Assembly: GCA_951804945.1 (NCBI GenBank)
Contig: OX638159.1
Location: forward strand, 25,296,001 to 25,360,000
Source: Podarcis cretensis
Taxonomy: Eukaryota
Length of the DNA: 64,000 nucleotides
Direction: 5' to 3'
The notes beneath the pieces are model-generated. The model did not search any database. It was not told the origin of the DNA and saw only the letters and a list, made by a program, of their open reading frames with translations. This document shows positions 39,440 through 52,167 of the stretch, one piece after another (position 1 is the first letter of the stretch; the number at the start of each line of letters is the position of its first letter). The position numbers and the translations under genes are program-made.

Positions 39440-39980
39440 CATCCTACCTGCAAAGCTAAATAGTTTTAAAAGAAAGACATGCTTTTACCTATGCAAGATT
39501 GAACGTACTGCCATCAGCTGTACTCGAGGGTCGCTTCCATCAAATTCCACTTGAAAAATGTTTATGTCCATGTGGAGACGGCAGTATCAAATCAGTAGCG
39601 CATCTTCTGCTAGCTTGTTCTCTTTGTAAAGATCTGAGTAACAAGGTTATGATTCCTCTTTTATTATCTATACATACCAGGTCATTCATCCACTGCTATA
39701 GTGTCTTTACTTCTTGCAGACCAAGATTACCAATTAGAATAAGACCTAAGCACCTGACTAATCTTTATTAATGAAGGAAAGTAAAGAAAGCCCAGTCACT
39801 CATGTTTTAACTGTGGTCAAGGACAGTTATTAACTTTTTTATTTGTATAGAACTAAATTCCTAGAATGTATTTTGTATAGCCAACCAGTTAGTTATATTT
39901 GTATTTTACTCCTTTGCTATGGCTTGTGGTTGACGCAAATAAAGATTCTATCATCTATCTATCATCTATATCTATCTATC

Positions 39981-40017
<37 letters not shown>
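39440..40017 (+). mobile_element. RTE-X-like LINE 3' end with (TATC)n tail
   Basis: Translation RHAFTYARLNVLPSAVLEGRFHQIPLEKCLCPCGDGSIKSVAHLLLAC (C-terminal Cys/His knuckle). AATAAAG is followed by (TATC)n at ~39948-40017. Confidence 0.7.
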
Positions 40018-40018
<1 letters not shown>

Positions 40019-41058
40019 GCCCTCAAATACTTGCCTGGGAGTGCCAGAGGGTGATGGATAGAAAAGATGTCAGATCCCCTGCCTACTGAAAGGGATTGTG
40101 GTGAAAGAATGAAATAAGAATTACTGTGTTCTGTGGTAACAGTAACTATTCTCCCACCCAAAGTCTAGTCTATTTCCATAATTCTTTTCAGCTGGTGCTG
40201 GGCCCAAATCAATGTCTGTGTCCTCCTCCCCAATTGTACAAAGGAACTCATGCTGTAAGCAAATAATTAGGCTGCCTGCAATTGGCTATAGTATTTAGAG
40301 ACATCTGAAAAGATGATTTAAGTTGTTGGGTTGTTGCTGTTGTTTTTACATTGCATGTGACTTAATTACCAAAATGGCCAAATGACATGCATTTGCATTT
40401 CACATTCATGAGTGAATGAGGGAAAAATGAACTAACAAACTTTTGTATGGATATACAAATTCAGATTCATGTATTCACTCACATGCACAAATTCTCGCAT
40501 TTGGCTCATTAACTTGAACTGGGCACTTTGTTTCAGCTCTGTTGCTTTCTAATTTAGGGACACTGAATGAGAATAGGGTAATTAAAGAGAATCCTATAAT
40601 TACAAGCTACTCTAAATGCAACCTAGGGTGTAGCAGAGTTGGGGGGGGGTGGAAATAGTTGTACAAGGGTAAAATAATGTGCTTGCTATTCTTGGGTTCT
40701 TGTTGGATGAAGATGCATGGAAAAGCAAGAACACATAACTGCAGAAAACTGGCTTCCAGAGTATGATGCCCATGTCTGAAAATATACTTACTGACAGACT
40801 AAAAAATAAATAAATAGCCTGATAAACTCCAATTCACACCAACCTGTTGCCTGTGCAAAGTAAATACCCACTGAACTCTTGCATGGGAAAAATGTTATAT
40901 TTCTCTGAGGTTGCAATTTTCTGAGTTCCCTGGGAAGACGAATTGATTGTTAAACCACTCTGGGAATTCCAGATCTGTGATAGAATAGGGGCCTCCTAAC
41001 AACTCTCATCACACTTAACAAACTACACTTTCCAGGTTTCTTTGGAGGAAGCTGTGAC

Positions 41059-41806
41059 CAGTGCCAGATTTATGTATAAGCTAATCAAGCTATATAGGAC
41101 GCAGGTGGCGCTGTGGGTTAAAGCCTCAGCGCCTAGGACTTGCCGATCGAAAGGTCGGCGGTTCAAATCCCTGCGGCGGGGTGCGCTCCCGCTGCTCGGT
41201 CCCAGCGCCTGCCAACCTAGCAGTTCGAAAGCACCTCCGGGTGCAAGTAGATAAATAGGGACCGCTTACCAGCGGGAAGGTAAACGGCGTTTCCGTGTGC
41301 GGCTCTGGCTCGCCAGAGCAGCGATGTCACGCTGGCCACGTGACCCGGAAGTGTCTCCGGACAGCGCTGGCCCCCGGCCTCTTGAGTGAGATGGGCGCAC
41401 AACCCCAGAGTCTGTCAAGACTGGCCCGTACGGGCAGGGGTACCTTTACCTTTACCTTTAATCAAGCTATAGCTTAGAGCCACACTCTCTTGGGGCCCCC
41501 CACAAAAATTAAAGGAAAAAAAACCACCTGGATGTACATTTCCAAAATCTAAGATAAAAAACAATACAAACCTACATACAGCAACAGTGTTTTGTGTTGT
41601 GTAGGCTCCTATGATGTAAGTAATTGGCCCAGCCTACTTGCCTGCTCCCTAAAATATCACTGGTTAGATACCTATTAGGTCCATAAATTACCATATAGCA
41701 TATATTCAACACAAAAAACAGCGACAATTTGTTGTTGACAAAGGACAGTTGGACAAATAAAGGGCCCCATTACCTTAGGGCCTCATCAAACCTAAATCCA
41801 GCCCTG
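41059..41806. mobile_element. hAT-type MITE (contains a Sauria SINE)
   Basis: TIRs CAGTGCCAGATTTA / TAAATCCAGCCCTG. Exact 8-bp TSD GCTGTGAC at 41051-41058 and 41807-41814. Confidence 0.9.
41097..41458 (+). mobile_element. Sauria SINE, full length, young subfamily
   Basis: Near-identical to 6704-7068. 13-bp TSD TAATCAAGCTATA at 41082-41094 and 41459-41471. Confidence 0.95.
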
Positions 41807-41970
41807 GCTGTGACTGTTTAATGTGGTGTGTTATAGCCTAAGATATCTAGGGCAGTTGGGGGCCTAGTCATATTTAGAAAAGACCTACTGAAATAAATGG
41901 GATTGACTAAGTGTGAATGCAACCTGATATATTCTGGTGCCTTCCAGCTCAGGTCATGAAGCTTTTTGCA

Positions 41971-42747
41971 AGGACTCTCCTCCCTGAAAGAGAGGGGAGT
42001 GGTTGTGGACGGGAGCCCGAGCACCGCTCCTAGCAGGGGGCATTGCCCCCTGCCTCCAGCTCACCTGGCTGGCACTCACGCGCCCCCCCCCAGTGGCCGT
42101 CCAACCAGGTGCAATGGGGGGGGGCGTGTCCAGCAGCCTTTATGCTGCAGTGCCAGCCTCTCCCCCGGCCTCATTTCTCTTTGTCGTCCTGGGCGAGTCA
42201 CCCACCCTCCACTCCCTTTGAGTTAGGGCTTAGGTCATTGGCCTTGCTATGGACCTTAGGTTGGTCGCCCCGGTTGCCCGGGGGGCCTGGTAGGAGTTTT
42301 TCCATTTGGCATTAGGCTTTTTGGTTTTTTCGCCTACCTCGTAGCAATCGTCACAACTTTTTGGTGGTATTGGTGGGTAGGTTAGGCATTGGAATAATGT
42401 GTTGTGGTGTGTCGAAGTGCTAGGTGTGGCCATCGCCTATGCCTTCAATTTCTAGGGGTATTCCGTTAATGGAATCTGGCGGTCGTGTATTCCGTCCAAA
42501 GCCTGCTTGGCGGGAGGCCATGGCACGACCCTCGGTGACATCAGGGGTGAGCCTATAGTTGGATTAGCATCAACAGGTGATGAACCCCTGGTGAATAAAC
42601 CCACTTGTTTCGCGATCCAATGCCTAAGCCAATACCTTTTCATTGCTGTAATCAATAAAGTTGTGGCCTTTTCTAGCCCATTAACCTTATATCACATGTC
42701 CCCGTGTCTTCATTTTACTTCGCGGGGGTCGGGTCCTCGAACCACAA
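41971..42747 (+). mobile_element. ~0.78-kb structured interspersed repeat, subfamily I (Ngaro/DIRS solo-repeat-like)
   Basis: Homologous to 55078-55843 and 61637-62437. 5' hairpin at 41974-42000; TTGTGG inverted to terminal CCACAA; AATAAAGTTGTGGCC at 42654. Confidence 0.72.
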
Positions 42748-44062
42748 TAGGCAAGTTTACTAGGATTAGAAAACCAATGTTTCATAGACACTTTCACCAT
42801 TTTTTGAAGCCCAAAAATAAGTACAGTGGCATCACAAGAAGTAGAAACGAGGTTTTCTCACCGACCCGAGTATCTGTTCTTCTGTTAGAGAAAGGCGTGA
42901 TAAATGCACATTCAAAGTAGAGATGCTGAAAAGGGAGCAGCTAAAAATACTACCTAAAAGGAAGTTAAGAGAGTCCTTATGTATCTTTCACACTAGAGAA
43001 AATAAAATCTCCAAACTTTACAGCAGGTGGTTGGCATTTACAACGTTCTAAAATAACCTTGATTGAGATAATTCCATCCCATTATGGCTCAGCTTCTCAA
43101 AATAGGACCATTCCCGGCATGTTGAGCAGCTGTAGTTATGTTCCTTCCATGAAATGAGTGATAGTTCACGTGACCAGCTGAAGTGACAGTGATCAAGCCT
43201 TGCACTTAATAGACTTGTTCCCTCTGATGAGCAATGTGTTCCTGAGATAACAAAGCTCAAGCCCGTGATAGCTGATCTTCAGGCGAGCAAGATATCATGT
43301 GATAGTGACTGTTCCCATGCTTGGGGAAGTTGTGTTCCATAAATGCTATTTCTGATTGCTGGTAAAGGGTTTTCACCTTGAGCTATTGGCTCAGCAGTGC
43401 AGCTAAAAAGAATCGAGGTCATTTTGCTTGTTTTCTTTCTTGTTTTCCATTTGCTGCCACAAATGGATGGCCCTGGAAAAGAACAATTGCGACTCAACTA
43501 CCTGTGGCTGCTTATCTTTTCAAATGCCATGTAATTACTCTGTATTTTACCCTCTGTCATCTCTACTTACTGCCCGTCAAAGCTATCCACCAGCTGAAAC
43601 TGTCAGGAGGGATGTGTTTTTCATTTGTGTGCAAATAAATGACATGAAAAACTTATGTCAATGTCAATCTGCCTAGTGCTGGAAAAACAAAAAAACAGCT
43701 ACAATAGGTATGAGCAAGTTCATCAGCAACACTGATAAAGAAAGCAAATGAATTCCAATGATAACTTTGTATTTGCACTGGCGTTTCTGACTATAATCAG
43801 AATCTAGCACATTATAATAGGAGTCTGGCACCTGAGATTTAAGGGCAGGGTCCACATCACCAAATTCCAACCATTTAGGGATCGTTACTGCTAATGCTTA
43901 CAATTTATTTGGAATCTGAATGTGGGAGAACAATTTCTAGAGTAACTCAAGTCCTCAGCCATACTAAGTAGGCACTGTTTTCTCTTTGTGTGCATATATG
44001 GACGTGGTGTTAAGTATAGTGATTTAAGTACTGAAATTGGGAATGCTTAAAGGTATTAATGT

Positions 44063-44410
44063 GGACACCGGTGGCGCTGTGGGTTAAACCACAGAGCCTA
44101 GGACTTGCCGATCAGAAGGTCAGCGGTTCAAATCCCCGCAACGGGGTGAACTCCCGTTGCTCGGTCCCAGCTCCTGCCCACCTAGCAGTTCGAAAGCATG
44201 TCAAAGTGCAAGTAGATAAATAGGTACCACTCAGGCGGGAAGGTAAACGGCGTTTCTGTGCGCTGCTCTGGTTCGCCAGAAGTGGCTTTGTCGTGCTGGC
44301 CACATGACCCGGAAGCTGTACACCAGCTCCCTCGGCCTATAGAGTGAGATGAGCACACAACCCCAGAGTCGGTCATGACTGGACCTAATGGTCAGGGGTA
44401 CCTTTACCTT
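44063..44410 (+). mobile_element. Sauria SINE, full length, older subfamily
   Basis: GGACACCGGTGGCGCTGTGGGTTAAACC head and GGGGTACCTTTACCTT tail. No clear TSD. Confidence 0.92.
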
Positions 44411-45028
44411 AAGTCTGGAATGCTCCCCAGTAACTCTTGTGTGATTGGCTAACTCTGGTCACATGGGTATCTTATTACATCCTCCATTTTGTTTTGTGCG
44501 TGAGAGTGACTTGACTGTAATGGCTTCATCTCCATAAACACTGAAGAAGAGACCATGTTAAATAACTCTCTCTCTAAACGCAGTAGAAGAAAGGAGTGTT
44601 AATGTTTCTGTGTGAATGTATGCAACAGAAATACAGATGTTGATGTTCTCCCAAAGATGCAGTAAGGAGAGGTCTGCTGGAAGGAGAAAGTGGAAACCTC
44701 TCAGAAGAAAATGCATGGCCCAGCTGGGTAATGGACAGAAGGCTCAGTGCAAGTGCTGGAAAGAAAGAAAAACTCAGTTTGTTTGAATGTTTAAGGAAGA
44801 ATCTGTAATCCTCAACTAAGAAAAACTAAGCCCATGCTTGGATAAGCATGTGCATGTAAATACTTTGCATATATTCTTCTTTAGCTATGTGTTCTGCAAG
44901 TAAAAGCCTTTTGAATAGTTTAACAAGCACACCATTTTAATTTCAAGTAAAGAGTCAGTATTGCATGTGATTTGGCTTCCTAGCTGCAATTTAGCTACTC
45001 TGCCAACACGTGGTTCCTAGAAGTGACA
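44411..45028 (+). mobile_element. Possible old LTR fragment
   Basis: GATTGG box, CCATTTTG, AGTAAA poly(A)-like signal, ends GAAGTGACA. No TSD found. Confidence 0.3.
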
Positions 45029-45745
45029 ATTGCACACAATGTCTACCATGATGTGGATTCTACAATTCTATGATTCTGTGACAGATTCTGTGGACGGTTG
45101 ACAGGTAGGTTTCTGCTGACTATGTGAGCTATTTACTAATGGAATGCAGAAGGCTTCATTATGAACAACTAATGTTGAAGGCTAATTCCAGACAAATGCA
45201 GCTGGGATGCAGTAATGATGCCTTTAGCAAACATGACTGTGGATGAGAGAGGAAGCAATCACATCTTTTACCTAGATCCACTTAACCTACATTCTGAGTG
45301 TGCCGACTTTGGTCATACAACTTGGCCCAAAAGCTCAAGTCAATATGACAAAGAGGCATGAAAAGAATTAAATATTGTCACTTCCATACAAATGCCACAA
45401 ACATAGCTTTTGAATTATTGAAGTCAGAAATTAGAGTGTTAGTCACAGCTGGCGAAAATAAGATGTGTAGTAGGTGTCAAAATCCATGACAAAAGTCAGA
45501 AACCTGGAAAGAACGGAATATAAATGTAGTTGTAAATGTAATTATTTGAAAATGTTTGCTTTTCTTGACAGATCACTTGCCGAGAAGCACTGGAGCAGAA
45601 TGTCAGACCCCTGTTTTTTAAATATGCTGGATGAACTCCCTGTCAATTTGCAAGCGAGAGATGTAGGCAGTGATAAAGGGGAGAAAAAACACCAGTCCTT
45701 CCGTGCCAGTTTGGGATGGATTGTGAGCTTTTGTTCTCTGTGATG

Positions 45746-45835
45746 TAGAATCATAGAATCATAGAATCATAGAATCATAGAGTTGGAAGAGACCACAAGG
45801 GCCATCGAGTCCAACCCCCTGCCAAGCAGGAAACA
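45746..45835 (-). mobile_element. CR1 3' terminus with (TAGAATCA)n octamer tail
   Basis: Four TAGAATCA units, then TAGAGTTGGAAGAGACCACAAGGGCCATCGAGTCCAACCCCCTGC. Confidence 0.9.
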
Positions 45836-47268
45836 ATGTCTCCCATGCACAGGGAAATGTCCATGTAAGGGACTATTGCATCATTTTTAATGCCACATGT
45901 TTCTATATTGCCCAGCAAAAAGTATTCCCCAACAGCTTTTTATGGACATTGTAAATAGATACACTGCATAAGGCACTACCAGCACTGAAGGTCCTAATCT
46001 ATTCTTAGATGTGTCTGGCAAAAGACTGTATAAGAGCAATTGCTTATTAGGTATGACTTTATTATTGAGCTTCATACTCATTTCTATTTATGGTGATTTT
46101 TTTAAGGAGTAGGGAGGTAAACCAGTTCTTTATTTACCATCAGTAAATAAAGTTTATCAGCGGGGCAAGCATTGAGCTTTATAGAGCTGTGCAGCAACAC
46201 AAAACTTTTGCCTCTGTGGCATATATATGACCATGAAAAAGGCCCAGACTTCCCTGAAACTAATGAGTGCTCAAATGCTAGAACTTCTTCCCAGTCCTTC
46301 AATGTATCCTGGGCTGAAACATCTACTGCTGCTGACAGGGCCTTGCTACACATATATCCATGCTTCATTCCTAGGCCCACTTGACTTCTTTGCTTGCCAC
46401 TTCTTCTCCCCAAACATTCAACTTTTTCTGTAATAACAACCTCTCTAGTTTTCCTTTGCTTCATGTCATGCATCAGCAATAGCAAGTTTAGCTTTAGCAG
46501 TAGCATGACTAGAGAGCTCCCTTCCACTTCCTGATGAAGAAATGCAACTTTAGAGAAGCACGTGCTTTCCATGGTTCCACATTAATCTCTGGCATCTCCA
46601 TGTCTGAAACCATGGCTAGCTAGTATCCAGTAAATAGTCCAATAGTTCCTTGCTTGGCTGCTTTTGCTCTACCTCCCTTGGTACCACAGCATGCAGAAGG
46701 AGAGCAGGTAATGCACCTCTTGCTTTTCCCTTCTAGAACTGTCCCAACTTCCTAGGGCAAAGAGATGACATCTGTGCTACTGTTTAGTCTCTTCAGCGAT
46801 GCAAGAGGACTCCCCTTTTCAGACATGGCCTGCAGTCCACCAGTTACTCCATTCTCCTCCTAGTCAACCCAAAGCATGGGAACTGTTCAGTACTGCCTGC
46901 AGACTTCTATGTCCCCATGTTGCTAGCTAGTCACACTGGCTGCTCCAAGATTTCTCTCTTTACTTGCCTGTCAATCAACTAAGCACTCTTCTGCCAACCC
47001 CTTCCTTTCCTCTTGAGTTATAAGGCATTTTGAAGCCTCAAAGCCAACCGCTGTGTCTCATCACCCCTGTTTCTCATCTGCCTTATCAGGCTACTCTGGG
47101 GGAGGCAAAACCGCCTGACTTATCTGCAGGCAAGCGCTGTTGACTGGGGCCCAGATTCGGACTCCAAGCAGGTGAGCAACACAGGATGCAGCCAGGAGGT
47201 GCCTAGAAATCCTTCAGATAACACAGTAAAACTATTCCATCAAAACATTTCAACAAATGAAAAGGCCT

Positions 47269-48317
47269 TTGCGTGATCAGGTGGCGACTGCCCCAGCCCC
47301 CAGGGACCACCAGAAAGGAATACAGTGGTACCTCGAGTTACATACGCTTCAGGTTACAGACTCCGCTAACCCAGAAATAGTACCTCGGGTTAAGAACTTT
47401 GCTTCAGGATGAGAACAGAAATCATGCGGCGGCAGCAGGAGGCCCCATTAGCTAAAGTGGTACCTCAGGTTAGGAACAGTTTCAGGTTAAGAACGGACCT
47501 CCAGAACGAATTAAGTTCTTAACCCGAGGTACCACTGTAATGACTCTGACAACGTGTTATGTAATTAAAATTTGACCACAACTTTATTAAATTTTCAAAT
47601 GTAGGAAGAGCTTGGCTTAGGCATTGAGCGTGTATCCCTCCCAGCCCTCCAGCCGGGGGAAGTGGGGCTCCTCAGGGTAAATGGGATATGGGGGTGCACT
47701 GTAAGACATATGTATACGCAGGCAGCCCACCCCATATCCCCCCACACAGGGTAGTCCACTGACAACCTTTCAGTGTATGGCCAGTGACACCCATATTACA
47801 ACCCCTTTAAGAGGGGACCCTGGAATAGCCGCTGCGGGGAAGGGGGGTGAGTCACCACTTCATGCCCCCCCCCATTATAAGGAAGAAAAGACTAAAGGAT
47901 TCTGCCCAAGGCCATAAACCACCAAAGTTGTGATGAATTGCTACAGGGAAGATAAACCTGTCAATGCAGGAAAATTTCTTCCTGGTTCTTCAACAGCAAC
48001 CAGTCAAAAGACCGTAGCAGCGCCCACTAAACAGGAAGAAAAAGGTTAACCTGCAAACAAGAAACATTAAACAAAGGGAGGGTTGGGTGGGTGAAGCTCC
48101 TGAGCCAACTGCCTGGCTGCTGCTGGCTCCACCCTCTATTTATGCGACTGGCCCCACCTCCCAGCAGTGCAAATTGACTAACTGAGGCTGGGCGTGAACC
48201 TCCAGAGAATAACACTGAGAGGCAGGCCAGCCCATACAAACTGGTAAGTTCCCTGGGGTCCGAAGCACCGCGCGCGATCCTGCAAAGGGCACCCACAGTA
48301 TAAAGTGTGAGTGCTCA
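47269..48317 (-). mobile_element. Structured interspersed repeat, subfamily II, interrupted by a Tc1/mariner MITE
   Basis: Collinear with 22807-23670 once 47323-47539 is removed. Terminal TTGCGTGATC vs subterminal GATCCTGCAA; hairpin GCACCCACA / TGTGAGTGC; CATAAATAG TATA-like box on the minus strand. Confidence 0.7.
47323..47537. mobile_element. Tc1/mariner (pogo/Tigger-like) MITE
   Basis: TIRs CAGTGGTACCTCGAGTTA / TAACCCGAGGTACCACTG, flanked by TA on both sides. Confidence 0.93.
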
Positions 48318-48865
48318 TTCTCCATGTTACCAAAAGCTGATAATCATTACCACAACCCCTGTCAAAACTTGCTAGGTCCTATTTGCTGATCTTAATGCCC
48401 TTTCTAGGCAGTGGAGGGAAAGATTTTCAGACAACCTGTTCCAGAATTATTTAGGGTTATAAATGTAAATGGCAGGACCTAAAAACTGGCTTAGCGGTGA
48501 ATGGGCCAGTGGGGCAGGTTCTCTAGCACTGGCATAATATGTACGTGATAAGGAGCACCACTCACCTGTGGCATTTTGTACCGACTGTGGCCTCCAGACC
48601 AACTGCAAGGAAAGCCCCACAAAAAGCGCTCTTATGTTCCTTTCCCATGAAAGGGCTTCCTGCAAAGTGCTACACATCTCTATTTAGAAGTAAATCCCAC
48701 TGAATTCAATTTTGATTTGCTCCCAGGTAGGTGTGTATAGGATCACAGCATTAGAAACTAAGGCTGCAATGCTAACACCACTTACCAGGGAGTAAGCACC
48801 AATGAATTCATCAGGACATCTGAGTAGGCATGGTGAGGTTTGCATTGCAAAACATTCTCCAGAGA

Positions 48866-49410
48866 CCATATTTTTCGCCCTATAGGACGCACCGGCCCAT
48901 AGGACACACCTAGATTTTTTTGGGGGGGGGGAATAAAGGGAAAAAATTATTTTCCCCCCCCCGCCAGGTGCGGGGCTGGGGCGGGGGAAGCCCAAGCTTC
49001 CCCCTCCCCCAGCCCCCAGAACGGGACCCAGAGCGATGCCGAAGCTGCGTGCAACTTTGGCATCGCTCTGGAAGCTTGCGGGGCTGGGGGAGGGGGAAGC
49101 CCTCTGCCAGCCTCCAAACCAGGTCGGGAGACAGCGGGATGGCGCGCTGCGCCTCCCCGCTGTTCCCCGAGTTTGCGGGGCTGGCGATGGGGAGCAGCAG
49201 GCTTCTCCCCCCCCCCACCAGCCTTCTAACAAAGTCGGGGGACAGCGAGATGGCGGCGTTCCGCCTCCCCGCTGTCCCCCGAGCTTGTGGCGCTGGCGGT
49301 GGGGCTCTCCAGGCTTCAGCGAAAGCCTGCATTCGTCCCATAGGATGCACACACATTTCCTCTTCATTTTTGGAGAGGAAAAAGTGCGTCCTATAGGGCG
49401 AAAAATACGG
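48866..49410. mobile_element. Tc1/mariner (Tc2-like) MITE with GC-rich interior
   Basis: 27-bp TIRs CCATATTTTTCGCCCTATAGGACGCAC / GTGCGTCCTATAGGGCGAAAAATACGG. TA on the right flank, GA on the left. Confidence 0.9.
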
Positions 49411-51797
49411 TATTTAAAGGAAAGGGTGCAATAACCCTTTTGGTGGTTTTGGTTATAAGAACCAAGGTAAGAGGAGGTAAATAAATTTATTACAGTTTTA
49501 AAAGTAGTTATCTGTTTGATTCAGATGACAGTTGCATGAGTATCAAAGAGAAAGAAGTACACAATCACCACAATCCATCTCCTTGCACAAACGGTAGCTT
49601 CGGTGTATGAATTAAACCACTGAGCTTGACAGAGTGGTCCCCATTCATTTAATTGGTTAGAATAGCTCAGTGCATGAAAAATAGATGCAGGCAGTGCTCC
49701 TTCCATTGTAGTGAATGACAAACCTTGTCACACAGACAACAGAGCATTCGTATTAGGGGGGACGTCCCCAAATTCAGCAAAGAAAGAATAAAATGATGTT
49801 GCAAAAGAGAAGCTTCGGTATGTTTTCATTATCAGGGTTTTTTTTCTTCTTCTTCCAAAGGGCAGGAAGACACTGTGTCCTTTCTAACCTCCAATGTGAA
49901 AATATGTCAAAATATATGCAAACGTAAAAGACTGTTGACTAACATTGAAATTGTGCAAAGGAAAAGAAAAGGAGAGATAATAATCAGCCAAGAAGAAAAC
50001 CATAACTGGGTAGTAATTGGGGGGGGGATAGTAAAGAATGATTTAAAGCCATCTATATGATGTATTCCCCCCAAACTGTACAATTGATCTTCCTGAACTA
50101 GTTTGCAAATCAAGGGGGGAAATATTTTGTAATCCCCACGTCCAAGTTGTTACATACTTCTTGATGAAGTACCTGTGAAAACTCTGGAGGTTAGCCATCT
50201 ACTTTGAGAGGCCATGTGAAGTACTGGCTGTTAGTTCTGATTTGAATACCGTTGCTCTTCTTCCCATCTATCAAGGTGACTTGTGCCAGGTCTGTCTCGA
50301 TGAATAATGTAATTGGCTGTCATGTGTAAAAACACTCAGTTGAACAAATATATTAAAAGCCATCCCCAGAAGAAAGTTGGTCTAAATGCTATTAGCCGAA
50401 TGAAATAATTTTTGCAAAGAGAAGTCACCTCTTGCACCTTGTGTCCTTAATATTTCAGATTAGTGTTCCAAGTACTTTCTCGGATAATAATCAGTCTTAT
50501 CATCAAACATGCTCCATTGAACTGGCCTTCCTACTATTAGAGGCATCAGCATACACAATAATCTCTTTGGCACATTTCCCAATATATACACTTTATTTAG
50601 TAGTTAACTGTGTAATTAATATTTCTCAGTCTGAAAGTGGAGTAGCTCCAGGAACCAAATATTAGCTGAGGAGAGGAAATGAACAGAGAAAGGAATTGGA
50701 GAGAAGTTAACAATGAAGGTTAATTCTAGGAAATTAATTATCTGAGGGAAGCGTACATCATATTGTTGAATATTTGATGTGAGACTCAGCTATATCCTTC
50801 ACATCTTCCACCTACTGTTCCCATTACGTATGTCATTTGCAGTGGGTTTCGGTGAAGGAGGAAGCATTAGAAAATAGCTCTTGAGCTCCTCTGCTTCAAT
50901 GGCTTTAACAATATTCTTTTTAACCAATCTTCCTTATTAGCGAAAGAGCAGCTATTGTTTTTATAATTCCTCCCAGTGAAGCTGCACAGAGTAAATTGTT
51001 ATTTGGAGTTGTGGTTTTCTGTTAAAATGTTCTGCATTTGAATAAATAAAGTGCAGCTCAGAATATTTACAATGGCTCCTCCCACCCCCCCAAAGATTTT
51101 CTTCTATTCTGAAGGAATGGCAAAGTCTGGAAACGAAGCTGAGCTAAATTTAGTAAAGTAGTAAAGCAAAGCAAAGAAAGGGAAAGAAAAGCCTGCAATG
51201 TACCTTTCCCTGCCATTAATTCTGTAAAACAGGAATATATATAGTATGACACATAATGGAAGCTAAATTCCAAGAGAATAGAATTATCAACTGTGAAGGA
51301 AAAGCGACTTGAAAGGCCATGGTGATATTTGAGAGAATGTATCAGTTCAAGCAGATTTTGTTTTTTGTTTCCTAAAAAAGAGTTGCTTGGCAAGGCTATC
51401 GCTTTAAATGCATGGAAAAGAAACCAGGCTGCAACTAACATTTTAAAGTAACAAGCACAGTATGTGTGCCTGTATACATCTGCACAGATAAGAAAAGACT
51501 CATGGCTTCTTCTGACCAGTCCTTCCTTTCTAGCCATCTGTCAATCTTCTGGACAAAGCTTGCATTTTGGAATGCTCCCCTTAAGAAGAAAAAGGTCCAC
51601 TATCTCCATAGCAATGCTGTGATGTTGGGCGGAGAGGCAGTGGCTAGTCCAATGTCACCCAGTGATGTTCATGGTCAAATGGGGTCCTCAGCTGCACTCT
51701 GATTGCTACACAGTGCTGGATCTTAATTTGTCAATATTTCTATTGTTAGATTGTACTGTACATATAAAAACCACAACTTTTCTCTACCAAAATACTG

Positions 51798-52167
51798 CAT
51801 ACCCTCAAACATTTCTCTCATGGAAATAGGGACATCCTATTTCATAATGATGATGATGATGATTTATATGCTGCCTATCTGATTGGCTTGCCCCAGCCAC
51901 TCTGGGCAGCTTCCAACATATATAAAAATATAGCAAAACGTTAAACATTAAAATACTTCCCTATTCAGCGCTGCCTTCAGATGCCTTCTAAAAGAGCCAA
52001 GATTTCCTTGGCTCAGGGTTCACACAACTCCACACCCTCCAACATTTCTCCAATGAAAATAGGGATGTCCTAAAGAAAAGTGGGACATTCCAGGATCGAT
52101 CAGACACAGGGACAGCTTCTGTAATTCCGGGAATGTTCCTGGAAAATAGGGACACTTGGAGGGTCTG
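51798..52167 (-). mobile_element. MITE carrying a captured L2 3' tail (copy 2)
   Basis: Termini CATACCCTCAAACAT / ACACTTGGAGGGTCTG with a reverse-complement L2 tail at ~51845-51990. Collinear with 5125-5468. Confidence 0.7.

Larger units (their letters stand above)
40905..41835. mobile_element. Older squamate MITE-like repeat hosting a nested hAT MITE and SINE
   Basis: AAACTACACTTTCCAGG..TTTGGAGGAAGCTGTGAC continues as TGTTTAATGTGG after the hAT insertion. Family recalled, not verified. Confidence 0.45.

Noticed and set aside
41971-42747. Ordinary retroviral solo-LTR call for the 0.8-kb family
   Set aside because: None of the five copies shows TG..CA termini with a 4-6 bp TSD.
46102-46572. 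156-aa minus-strand ORF or possible old LTR
   Set aside because: No recognisable domain. TATA- and AATAAA-like motifs hint at a decayed LTR, but no convincing termini or TSD were found.
48684-49434. Long ORFs (227, 158, 148, 132 aa) on both strands
   Set aside because: They lie in the GC-rich MITE interior, are open in several frames on both strands, and have low-complexity G/P/R/A composition.
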